A stretch of DNA of 63,653 nucleotides, counting the filler, from Reticulomyxa filosa (taxonomy: Eukaryota > Protista > Foraminifera): NCBI GenBank assembly GCA_000512085.1. It is 14 parts of 14 records of this genome, joined end to end, with 100 filler letters (N's around TTAATTAATTAA, not from the genome) between each part and the next. Parts side by side here need not be neighbours in the genome. Positions count along the whole stretch, not along the records: positions 1 to 6,537 come from ASPP01010806.1; positions 6,638 to 8,543 come from ASPP01035075.1; positions 8,644 to 10,986 come from ASPP01007101.1; positions 11,087 to 21,023 come from ASPP01027363.1; 10 more parts are not named here. One strand, written 5' to 3'. The stretch's first letter is position 1, and each line of letters opens with the position of its first letter. The position numbers were made by a program, and so were the translations under genes. Shown here one piece after another: positions 1 through 11,963 of this stretch. The notes beneath the pieces were generated by a model. That model was not told the origin of the DNA and searched no databases. It saw nothing but the letters and a program-made list of their open reading frames with translations.

Positions 1-205
1 TTTTTTTGTATTTCAATATACACCATCGTCATCATGACTCTCTTTATGTTATTTGTAACATTATCAAGTCGTTTTTTTTGCTTGGAAATAAATAAATAAA
101 AGAAACACCTAATTGATTTATTACTTTCGGTTCGTGATTTGAAAAAAGCTGTTTTGGCCTCTTTTCCCACGAGTTTTGTTTTTTCATCGATGTTGTTCAG
201 TGCAT

Positions 206-2673
206 TCAGCATGTGCTTTGTATTGTTCTCAAGCCCAACTGTCGAACACGATGGGACATCGCCATTGCTCCGCCAAAAATGTGACTCTTTTGTAGACCAT
301 TGTTATCACTTTGACTAAAAAAAATGTAATTAATACATATACACACATGCATATACATATATATATGTATATGTAATATCAAAACTGGTAACAAGATTAG
401 TCATAAAGTCGTGTGCATAAGACCACAATATCTTTTCACAAAAAGCGACACAGGCTCCGGACTTGCCCTCGCTTCTCATCACTGCACATCGTCGCAAAAC
501 TTCAAAGGCAGATATGACATTTGACGTTTGACTGTTGCATAAAAATACAAAAGCAAAAGTCCTAGCCATTGCAAACTCAATTTGTTTATTATTGAAAAAC
601 AAGTAACAATAGCGAAAAGGCAAAAACTGATTGGTAATTCGATGAACGCTCAGCTGATTCGAAGAAATATGCGATTGTTGAATGGGATGCTGACATTCGT
701 TGGTCTTTTTTTTTAGACGATTCCACGCACTGTACAAAACGCGTCTTGCACTTCCAGGGAGTTTAGCACGTTTGGATACAATTTGCAGCTTCGTTGGCAT
801 CCACATCCACATCCACATACACATACATGTATATACACGTATAAGTAAACATATACGTATAATTGTTGTAACAAGCACTCAGCCAAGTGAAGTGAACAGT
901 GTTGTTAGTGGTGCGTAACATACCTACCTACCTGATTGTTGGACGCCAAAATCAGGTCTGGCAGAGTCAAAATGCCTGAGTCTTGACACGAGTGCTTTAA
1001 AGTGTTGGCAAACGCCTTGGACGTTTTTTCAAACTCGAGTTCGTCGATCCAAACGTGTAAGGCCTCTTCACTTACTTGCGAGGGATGCGATAGCTGCGGG
1101 ACCTCCAACGACACTGCCTGCGTGTGATATTGAGAGCGTGAATGAGAATAGGAGTGTGCATGCAGATGAGAGTGTGCATGTTGATGTGCATGTGAGTGTG
1201 AATACGAATGCGAGTGCGAATGGGAATGAGAATGAGAATTAGAGTGCAAATGTGAATGCGATGGATGAAAATGAGATTGAAATGGAGAAGTGGATAACAT
1301 GGTAGAAGGTGTCGTTGGTGTATGCACATGCACTCGTTCTTTGTCAATCACTACTTGTTGCGAATTTGAATGTGTTGTATCATTTTTTTTATTGTTTTGA
1401 GTATCTTCACTCGATTGCTGATTTTTATCTGAAACCAACTGCGTCAATTCAAAAAAAAATAGTACACACATAAATACGTACATACAAAAGCATAGTGTGC
1501 TTACAATTTTTTTTTTAAAAAAAAGTAACGTGGCTAGTCTCTTGTAATGAATGTCTTGCAACATAATATTCGTGTCTATCGTTGGACTTTGCGATTGAAG
1601 CGTTGTCCATTTGTGCACATTGAAACGGCTCTTCGACGCAATTGTATGTCTCCTGGACCTCTCGATAGTCACTAGGACTTTGTCCACTTATTGCTATAAC
1701 TGCAGCTGCATGTACTTCCTTTGTATCCTTCCCTGTTTGCTCCGTTATCAAAATACTCGCTGTCTTTGATCCGTCGTTGCATCGTTCCGATTTCGATTGC
1801 ATCGATATCCCTTCATCTCCTGCTTCCATCGATTGCATTTCCGGCAACGATATCCTTTCCTTGCTTCCACTCACACTGCCTCTTTCATCCGCTTTGATAC
1901 CTTTCCATCCATTTATCATTTGTACATTTGACCCTTCTGCATGTCCATGTGTTCCTGTCATTCCATTACTTGGCTCTTCACTTATCATCGGCAGGGGAGG
2001 AACCATTTTTACACTGATATTTTTCTCTGCATCTGTCATTTTTTTTCCGTATACATATGCATATATTGGAGCATACGACAAGTAATTATTCATCTTTTTC
2101 TTTAGGGAAAAAAGTTCAAAGTCTCCCTTTTTTTAATATTCAGCAATGGTGTTGGAACAGTTTTAAAAAAGCAAACAGAGGTGTAATCCACACCAGAGAA
2201 TATTGAAGGAGAGAGCTGAGAAATGGAAGTGATGTGAGTGCTACGATGATGAGATGGTATAGTATCAATTGTCACAGAACTGCTATGACTGATTGTCAAT
2301 TCCTCAAAAAAGTGATCTTCATTACTACTTTTAACTTCATCATTGTCATGATGGGAACAATTAGTTGAAATATTTTTATCTAAAAAGTATTTTTTTGTAA
2401 TGTTTGCTTATTTACAAAGAAATATGCATATAATATACATATGCACATATAAAATCACCAACGTCCAAAACTGAGTAAATCATCACGTTTGATGTGTAAT
2501 GAGCAGATATTGATATTGACGAAAGGAGATTGTTGTGAAAGTGATGGATTGGCACATGGTTTTGTTTCATTATCGCTTTGTTCGTTACTATTCTTGTCTA
2601 CCACTGTATTCGTGTTATTTGATTCTCCATTATTCATTGCTATTTTTTTCGTTCCTGTCCCGAATCCGTTCAT
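206..2673 (-). CDS. Multi-exon hypothetical protein with a His/Ser-rich tract and a possible SAM-like domain; start uncertain
   Basis: Several minus-strand coding-like ORFs (2455-2676, 1515-2093, 905-1687, 330-878, 206-394) are separated by AT/CA-rich intron-like segments. HSHSHS tract at about 1130-1270. LHVWIDELEF...GILTLPDLILASNNQ / LQIVSKRAKLPGSARRVLYSAWNRL resembles a SAM helical bundle. Confidence 0.45.
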
Positions 2674-3424
2674 CACTGTTTTATTGTTATTATTACACCT
2701 TTTTTTTTATCATCATTTGCAAATTCTCAAAAAAACAAAAAGTTCATTTCGCTGTGCTTAAGAAAAAGTTTGAGTCATGAGGACACAGTAGAGGAAAAAA
2801 AAAACAAAGATTGCTGGAGCCAACAATTCTATCCAGAATACATGCTTTTGTCAAACATATTGGCTTGTATTTACGCGGCAGGATGTAAAGTGCATCAAAC
2901 TTTGTGCAAGATATCGCCTTTCTTTTTCCAGGGGGAGGAGAGAAAAGGGGTAGTGAGGACCTGAAAACGCCAAGATTTTGGAATTATATATTTCGCTACG
3001 ATAACCTAAGATTTGACAAAAATAGATATCTCAAAGCTTTGCAAGCTAGAATATCTCAATAAATTATAAAAGCTCACACCAGGCTATGCTCCTTTGTGTC
3101 CTCGTTCGTAGTAACTAACACTTCCTTGCAGTTTTGCTAAGATGACAGTTTTCACGTTTTTGTTTAAGATTTAATAACAGTGAATTGAATTGTTAACTTT
3201 GATAGAAGAAAAATAGTAAACGAGTTTTAATTTATAAGTTTGATTACAACAAAAAAAAAATACACCAAGAGACATTGTAAAAAACGTTGATTATTATCTG
3301 AAGAAATTTCAAAAAAGACGGAAAAAACAGACAGAATGCACTAAAAAAAAGGAAATCACAGCACAGAAATAACGTCATATTTGTGTAAAGATTTGATAAA
3401 ATTTTCACAATTTTGCTCTAAACA

Positions 3425-5590
3425 ATGACAAGAGAGCTGGGCTATTCTTTCGGGAATCCTCAAAATGAGGTGATATCAGGACATCTTGTGCTGTCAAACA
3501 ACCAGCAGTCGAGCTGTAATGTTGCAATAATCGATATCCCGCCAAAACTGACAATGATAGAAGTGTGTGACTTTATGGGAAAGTCGATAGTGGCAAGCAA
3601 CATAACGCATTTACAAGTGATGAGCCAAACGCAAGAGTCGACAAACAATTACTGTGTGTTAATCCACTTTGAACACGAGTCATATGCGGAAGAGTTTTAC
3701 GGAGCATTGAATGGCAAGCCTTTTAATACGTTGGAAATCGATTTGCGTTGTCAGATTTATTACGTATTGGAGTGTATGATCGACAATATCGCGACACATT
3801 ACTCGTACCGTCCTAAGCCATTGACACCAAAGTCGGTAATGAAGCCAATGGAAACAGGAATGAGTCAAGATAAGGCCAACGAGATGAAATCGAGTGAGAA
3901 TCAATGTGTTGCGTCTGTGAGTGCATTGGAATCCTTGCCACTTGACACTAGCAATAATAACAATAATAATAATAATAATAATAATATGAAAAATGTATTA
4001 TCTATTAACAAAACCAAAATGAAGAAACTTGTATTCCCACCCATTCTTAACAATACTTTGCATTGTCAGACGAGTAATCCAAACACAACGACGACTATCA
4101 ATGTGAGTACAATTGTGAATGATGATACCAATAATATTCCGAATTGTGTATTTTGCTTTGAATTGGTATTACCGCCTTGTGTCCATGACACTATGAAAGG
4201 AAATCAACCGCCACTTGCAAAAGTGCAACACAAACATTCCAGTTCATCACAGCAACAGCAACAGCAATTGGATTCAAATGCCAAAGTTAGCATTGGCAAC
4301 GAGGTATCAACGCGTAATTCGGTGAAATGGTATGAAAGGTCGAATAGTGTGATCATTGTGCTGTGCTATCATGTGTTCCATGTAAAATGTTTTATGCAAT
4401 CGAAAAACAATGCGTGTCCGATTTGTCGACATGTGATGTTCCCAGAAGATTGTAGCTGCTGTGAGGACTGCGGACGATTCACCAAAGACCTGTGGATGTG
4501 TCTGGTTTGTGGACACATTGGATGTGGACGTCAGCAGCAATCACAATGCGCAGCCAAACACTTTGAAAAAACAGGACACAGCTACGCCAAAAACGTCTTG
4601 GAAAGCAGCAAAGTGTGGGACTACATTAGCGACGACTACGTATATCGCATGATGCAAAACACGGAGGATGGCAAATTAGTGGCTTTGCAAACCAGCAGTT
4701 GGGACGGTATTGATGGAATGCACAAGCATTTAAGCACAAACATGGACATGTGGTCCAGCTTCAAACAAGAAAATATGATCTTTGAATACAACTTTTTGCT
4801 TACTAAACAATTAGAAGATTTACAAAGCTATCATAAGTCTCGAGTATTTTTTATACAAAAAACATAACAAGTCTTTTGATTACATTTTCACATTTCTTAT
4901 AAACACATACACACGAAATAGTTGGCTCGAGTTTGCGACTTTGGCGAACAGAGAATGGAGGATTTAGAAAAAAAAGAAAAAGGAATATTGGAATTGATCG
5001 CCTCCAAAAAAACACAATTGAAAAATCGCTTTGACAATGCCAGTCGTCTGAAAGAGTCCATTACAAATGAAACAAAAACTGAAAATGAAAATGACAATGA
5101 CAGTGAAAATAAAAAGGAAAACGAAAATGCAAATGAAAATAACAAACATTTGAAACACAACGAACAAATTGAAGTGTTGGATGACGCTTCCTTTTTGTTA
5201 GGTCGATTGGAAAATGAAAAAAAACAACACGAAAAACTCAAAATGTTACATCACAACTTGTTAAAAGATCAAAGAAATTGGAATAAATCCATCGAAGAAT
5301 TCAAAGAACAATTACGACATGGACTAAGTGTCAATGAACAAATGCTAAATGTCAAGTTGGCCCAATTACAAGAGGAGTGGAGAGATATCAGTACTCATTT
5401 GAAAACACAACAAAAATGTAAAGCCTCTATGAAAGACGAGGAAATTGATAATGCCTCTTTTCGATTACAACAAGGAAAATCAAAAAATAATTATAAAAGA
5501 GATTTAAAACAAAAGGGAATTTCAGGAAAAAAACATAAAAAACAAAATAAAAAATTAAATAAAAATCCAAAAAGTTCTGAAGATAAATGA
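3425..5590 (+). CDS. BRAP: BRAP2/ETP1-like E3 ubiquitin ligase (BRAP2 domain, RING-H2, zf-UBP, coiled coil); 2 exons, about 695 aa
   Basis: BRAP2 domain NYCVLIHFEHESYAEEFYGALNGKPFNTLE. RING CVFC...LCYHVFHVKC...CPICR. zf-UBP CEDC...LWMCLVCGHIGCGR...HFEKTGH...VWDYISDDYV. A phase-0 GT-AG intron at 4844-4921 joins the two ORFs in frame. Confidence 0.9.
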
Positions 5591-6437
5591 TTTTTTTTTG
5601 GAGTGTTATTGTTATATGGGTAGAAAACTGGCAACAATTCATTTTTTTTTAAACTCAAAAACAGTCAAATTATATATGATTTACTCATCGAATCAGCTTA
5701 TTACTATACTAATATTTGACGAAACTGAACGTATGAAAATGTAATCCATAAATAAATCAACAAATGTTTGATTATATTTACTTTTCCATTCAAATGAAAA
5801 GTATCTTCTCTATGGAGCGCTGATTGCTTTAACTTGCACAAAGTGTAATATCAAAGTATGCACATTAGCGACTTTTCAATAAAAAAAGCAATTAAATCAA
5901 TTGATCATTCTTTCTGTTTTTTGATGTTTGGACGAAGATAGTGTTTTTATATCATCAAAACATAGCTCTTTTTTTTTCTTTTAACTTTGTCTTTTTTTCT
6001 CTTACCAAATCATCCTCCAAATTTCATTGTTTCGCATCTTACTTTATGCTTTTGAAAAATATATACAAAATATTGTACTATTTTTTTCATCCAGCGTTTT
6101 TCCTTGTTTTGATGATTGATTTCATTTTTGAGACCCAAGCGAAATGTCATGACAAAACAAAGTTTTTTTTGAACGCGTACAATATCGACACTTTCTATTG
6201 TAAGTATGTAGTATAAGTTTAGAAGTATAACACGACAATACTCTTATTGACAGCAGTTTTCACAGAATAATGACAAACAAAAAAATGAAGATATTTTTGT
6301 AGAAGTTTAACAAACTGGGGACTAGTCAGTCGTTTGTAGTTTTACTAAGCAAAGATTTAAAAGAAATGAAAAAACTATTTTAAAATGTGTATCTGAAGTG
6401 TAAACGATTTACAAATTTATAAATATATATATATATA

Positions 6438-6537
6438 TTTTTTTTTTTTTAAAGCTTTTGCACCGGGAGGGCGTGAAGGTGTCCGACTACTCCTTGCTTC
6501 GTCATTCACTCATCACTGTTATTAGCCCTAACTCCTA
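6438..6537 (-). mobile_element. Probable 3' end of a poly(A)-tailed retroposon, cut by the contig end
   Basis: About 87 bp of GC-richer sequence ends (minus strand) in ...CCCGGTGCAAAAGCTTT plus A13, next to an (AT)n microsatellite, at a contig break. Confidence 0.4.
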
Positions 6538-6637
6538 NNNNNNNNNNNNNNNNNNNNNNNNNNNNNNNNNNNNNNNNNNNNTTAATTAATTAANNNNNNN
6601 NNNNNNNNNNNNNNNNNNNNNNNNNNNNNNNNNNNNN
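6538..6637. other. Artificial contig linker (first of 13)
   Basis: 44 N + TTAATTAATTAA (stops in all six frames) + 44 N. Identical linkers at 6538-6637, 8544-8643, 10987-11086, 21024-21123, 22149-22248, 23722-23821, 30914-31013, 41250-41349, 42464-42563, 48127-48226, 52057-52156, 54127-54226 and 62127-62226. Confidence 0.98.
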
Positions 6638-7912
6638 AAAAAAAAAAAAAAAAAAAAGACCTTTTTTTCTTAAGTAAGACAAAAATGGACAACTAATAAA
6701 TATTTATAAAAAAGATGTAAATTTGCATTTTTTGGGAATATTTTCACATTTTTGACAAAAAAAATAATTGTTCAAATTTTTAAATACTATTTCATTTTTT
6801 ATTTGTGATTCTAAAAACAGGTTAACTGCAAATAATTCAAATTCAAATTTTTTTTAATGAATCTTACTTTTTCTTGACTAATGACTATCTGGAAGAAAAA
6901 GTTTTCCCTTTTTAGAAAAAGTTCTTGAACATTATGAATGTGGTTTGGCTCTTCTCTCTTCAACAATCTAACAAGCCAAAAGTTGCAACATGGGAGCTCG
7001 CTTTTCAAGTATTCCTTCTCCAATTCACTCTTCTGCAAAACTGCAACAGTTACCGAAAAGAAAGAATAGAGTCAGTGAAATCCAAAACATCCAAAATAAT
7101 GATACTATTCAAAAAAAGTGCTGTCATCACAGTCTAGCAAACACGTTTGTCTACTGTGGTCTTTCCTGATTGGAAATATTTAGGTGGCGTTGTATATCTA
7201 TCTTCACAATCAAAGTGATGATATTAATTTTGTTTGTTTGTTTCGAAAGTGAATAACACGTGAAATTATTAATAAATAAATAAATTAGATATCCGATCAT
7301 GCACCATTTTCATAATCAAAAATAAAGTGTACAATATTATTTTCTGTTCATCGATCGAAATTGATTGTCCATCGACTGTGTCTTGCTTAAAGACAAGACC
7401 ATGGGTCAGTCTCAGCTTTTCTTCCAAACATTTTCTCTGCTTTAAGCATTTCAACTTTGAGTATATCCAAAAAGAATATATATATATGAAAGGAATCAAT
7501 AGAAATAAAAGTATTGGATAAAGCACTCGCTCAACACCATAATAGCAAAAGCAAGTTTTCTACAAGACATGGCTGACGATAAAGACATTGACAAAGTGTT
7601 CCTACAATTATCCGAACTGAGCTTGTATGCAGCGATATGCAGTCGAATCGCGAATATTTGGTCGTGTCTACATGGACTTTGATGGAATTGAGAAAAGACC
7701 AACAAAGAATCTCTTGAAGTGGAACTGTACGAGTGATGGTCGGGGCATTCAAAGGATGTAAATCCCAATATAGGAGCATTTGTCTATTGATATCAAGTAA
7801 TCAAATACTAGGACATTATTGGATTGAAAAATGGAGGTGATTGGAATGTAGATATCAAAAAGTATTACATCACGGAATTTGGCAAAGACATATGGGTCGA
7901 ACTCGTGTTTGA

Positions 7913-8543
7913 ATGACTTGTCGGCCAATGCCATGGACCAGCACAGGCAAGAACGTTGTTGACTTTAGGACGTATCCATATCGAGGATTTTTTCGCGCAC
8001 GCCAAAGCATCTCATCGAAAACTTGGGGTTCGATTATCAACCAGCCATTTAACATAGCGCCGCAGGCCAATAGCGTGAAGCGCGACATCCACTTGAGCGT
8101 TGGAGACCACATCCTGTTGGCAGAAGGAGGCACCCCAACGACGGAATATTTGATGGACAAACACTGTTTCAAATCAAAATGGGAAGGGACGACAGTCAGT
8201 GTTTCAAGTGTTGTCGTCCAAGTCCGACGCAGAATCATTGTTCAAAGAAGAAAAAGCAAAAGAAAAAGAAAAAGAAAAAGAAGATCACGTTTTGTCGCAT
8301 TCGAGCGAAGAAGGAGGGTTTATCACATTGGCCGACGTGAAGTAAAACTTGGACAAATATCAAGAATTGCTGAAACATCTGCATTGTTGATGCAAGGACG
8401 GATTGGCAAGGTAAAGTACATTGACCCTTGTGAGCGACGAATCCTGAAATTATTGGTATCAAAAAGGGAACTCATAGAATCCCAATTAACACAATTGGCA
8501 AAAGGTCTTTTTACTGGCTCATATTTTACAAAGCGCTCCGATA
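7913..8543 (+). CDS. Hypothetical protein fragment
   Basis: Open frame of about 210 codons running into the linker; no recognisable motif; strand and frame uncertain. Confidence 0.3.
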
Positions 8544-9059
8544 NNNNNNNNNNNNNNNNNNNNNNNNNNNNNNNNNNNNNNNNNNNNTTAATTAATTAAN
8601 NNNNNNNNNNNNNNNNNNNNNNNNNNNNNNNNNNNNNNNNNNNGCTGTCGTCATATAAGTGTAATGGAACCATAAAAAGAAAAGCTAGAACTCAATGCTA
8701 GTTGTATTTTCAATAGCTCTAAGTTTTCTTCAGCTGTCACAAATTTTTAAATAATTTTTATAATTTTTTACCAAGTCAAAAAAAGACTTTAAAGTTATAT
8801 TTCGATAACTTTCGATATTTTATCTTAAAAATGAATGAAGGAATTATGTTACAAGTGCGCAAGGCAAAATGTTTGTACTTTTTGTCGACTTAAAACAAAT
8901 ATTCATAAAATAATGAGTGATAAAGAGATCACATTTTTTCTACCACAAGGAATCCTGTACTTTTCAAAAACCACAAGTACAAACAAGAGTTTATTTTTGA
9001 AATTCCTTTTTCTGGATTTGTGTAAATTTGGAATTTTTATTCAACAAGACAACCAAAAA

Positions 9060-10083
9060 ATGTCAGACTCTGACATAATCACAGAAAAGGGAAATTATTG
9101 TGGGGAATTACATCTGCCAAGAAATCGATATAAGTCAGGCAAAGAAGAGTCAAAAGAAGACAACGACTCAGGCCAGGACGTTAAGCGCATTCGTATTGTG
9201 CACATTAGTGATACCCATCTCAAGCACCAAAGATTTGAGCAAAATATACCGGACGGAGATATATTGATTCATTCAGGTGACTTTAGTGACAAAAAGGGGA
9301 ATTCACGTTTTATGAAATACCCAAATGTCGACACGATCAAAGACTTCAATGAATGGTTGGGTGCACGTCCTCATAAGTTCTGCAAGACGAGTGTATTTCA
9401 AAAGATGTATATGCACATACATATACGTATATACGCATACAAATAAATATAAATATACACATTTATTAATATATTTTGGTCTTTTGATCAGATACAAAAT
9501 TTTTGTTTCTGGAAATCATGAAACCAATTTAATGCAGTATAACGCACAACAAGTGCAAGAACTGTTGACAAACTGCATATATTTGCAAGACTCTGGCGTG
9601 GAACTGTTTGGAATAAATTTCTATGGGAGTCCTTACATGGCCCGTCTGCCCTTAAAAAATGCTTATGCAACAACCGAGTCGATATTGCGTGGCAAATGGG
9701 ATGCCATTCCTAGCAATACCGACATTTTGATAACGCATACCCCGCCCTTCAATATCTTGGATTTGGCTTGGGGAAAAGACTACGCCAATAACGACGCGTG
9801 TGCTCATTGTGGAGATATTCATGTAAAATATGACCATTGGGGTGACAGCTATTTGAAAACGCAAGTTTTGAACCGAATTCGCCCTTTGGCTCATTTGTTT
9901 GGCCACGTTCATGACGACTTTGGATTCAAGACCCATGAAGGTGTTTTATTCGTCAACAGCTCCATGGACTTGAGTAAAAACTGCCATTACATGGATGTCA
10001 TCTTTGACCTAGACAAGGAAAAAGATACTTTTGTGTCAACTCAAGATCGACAACATCACACTCGAAAATGTGTTGTCTTGTAA
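9060..10083 (+). CDS. Calcineurin-like metallophosphoesterase (MPPED1/2-like) with a C-terminal CaaX motif; 2 exons, about 302 aa
   Basis: Motifs HISDTH, HSGDF, SGNHE, LITHTPP, FGHVH. Phase-2 intron at 9377-9491. Ends in RKCVVL-stop. Confidence 0.9.
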
Positions 10084-10524
10084 CCTAATTATTAGCCTTT
10101 TTTGTTTATAATTTTGTAGCAAATGTCTAGCAAAATACTTTTTTTAAACACTTTCTCGTATTATCTATTCAAGTAAAAAAAGATGCCATTTACAGAAAAA
10201 TCACACCGTGCAAATTACAAATTTTTCTTATTTAAAGTACACTGTTTGGAATATCTTCTTGCAATGGTTTCGAGCAAGTATTGACTTTAATTAAAAAGGG
10301 GACCCTAGTGTATGCCTAAAAACTCCGAAATATAAGCATGTCAATAATTTTTCGGTAATTTCGGACTTCCAATTAACAGTGAGTTTGCTTAACTTAATTA
10401 TATTTGAATAAGTTACAAAGTTTCAATGCAATTGGAAATATTTTCTTTTCATTTGTTTTGATAACAAAGTAACAAACAGTGAAACAGATGGGAGGCTAAC
10501 AATTTTTTTTTAAGTAGGAATAAA

Positions 10525-10986
10525 ATGCATGGTGTAAAAAAAAGTGATTTGACACCAGAGCGGTTGGAGCAAATTCAAAAGAATGTTGCCAAATATAAAA
10601 AATGGAATATCTTTATTCTTGAGCAAGTAAAAAGTAAATTTGCAGTTTTTTGGTTTAAAAAAAAGACAAATAAATAAAAATAAACAAAAGAAAAAGAAGA
10701 AAGTGTACACAAAAGAGATATTGGAAAACTGTGATCAAATATTGAGCATAAACTCAGAGCATTACACAGTTTGGAATTACCGTCGAGAAGTGCTGCTTCA
10801 TCTTATTTGCACAAGGGCAAGTTATATATGTATGTATTGAAGGTTCAAAAAAAAATTTTTCATTTCAGCACAAAGAGATTTTGGAGAGAAAAAGGAATAT
10901 AATTGAAACACTTGTAATTCAGAGCAGAACGAAAGCCGTTGCTGTATCATGAATTAGAGACCATAGAAAAAACATTAGCTCGCAAT
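10525..10986 (+). CDS. RABGGTA: Rab geranylgeranyltransferase alpha subunit (BET4/RABGGTA), 5' part; truncated by the contig end
   Basis: Starts MHGVKK (family N-terminus is MHG-x-K). Prenyltransferase-alpha repeats ILSINSEHYTVWNYRREVL and ELETIEKTLARN. Phase-0 intron at 10627-10690. Confidence 0.85.
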
Positions 10987-11963
10987 NNNNNNNNNNNNNN
11001 NNNNNNNNNNNNNNNNNNNNNNNNNNNNNNTTAATTAATTAANNNNNNNNNNNNNNNNNNNNNNNNNNNNNNNNNNNNNNNNNNNNACTGTAATACGAGA
11101 GGTGTTTACTAAGAAGAGAATATTGATTTCGTAAAACAAAAGAAATTGAAATAATAAAACAAGGTAACAAAAGAAAAGTGAATAGAATCAAGAAAGTAAG
11201 AAGTAAGTTTGTTGATGAAGTTTAACCTACTGTTGATTCCTCCGTTCACTTGACGTTCAGATACTCATAATATGGACTTGCCATACACTTTTTCAAATTT
11301 TTTCAATAACTTTTGATTTTTTTGCCTTTGTAATTTTATTTTTATTGTTTACTAATATTTGCAATATTAATTTTATTAGCTTTGTATAGTTTTCTTCAAA
11401 CTAATTCATTATTTATTTGCCTTATTGCATGCATTATATGAAGTCTTTCTAATTGAAATTCTAAGGAAAAAAGAAATTTAAATATAAAAACTACAATATT
11501 TGTATATATTTTTTAAATGGTATAAACTTTCGTGTTATGTAAACATATTGATGCAAGCGGTTTTAATAAAGCTTTCACACTCATATTTATAACTTCTATT
11601 GAAAATGATTTATCAAGTGCAATACATAGAATTTTCATATTTACCAATTTTGCATTAAAGTCTTAGCCGTGTAGTTGCGTATTGAATAATATTCAATAGC
11701 CTATCATTGTATAGGAAAAAACGAGTGTGCGAGCGCTAATCCAAAGCAACAATACAGTATCGTACGTTGAACAAGGGTCCTTACGGAAAAAAATTATACG
11801 CAAGTTGCGTAGAATATTTGCTCAGCTGCAAAGATATAATAAAAGATACTTATACTGACGTGTAGTAGAAATGCGAAACAAATTGTCATCAAATGTATTT
11901 GGGTTAGTGTGAGAAGGGAACGAATGCACGCGCGCAGCGTGTAGAAGAGTTTTTTTTTTTTGG

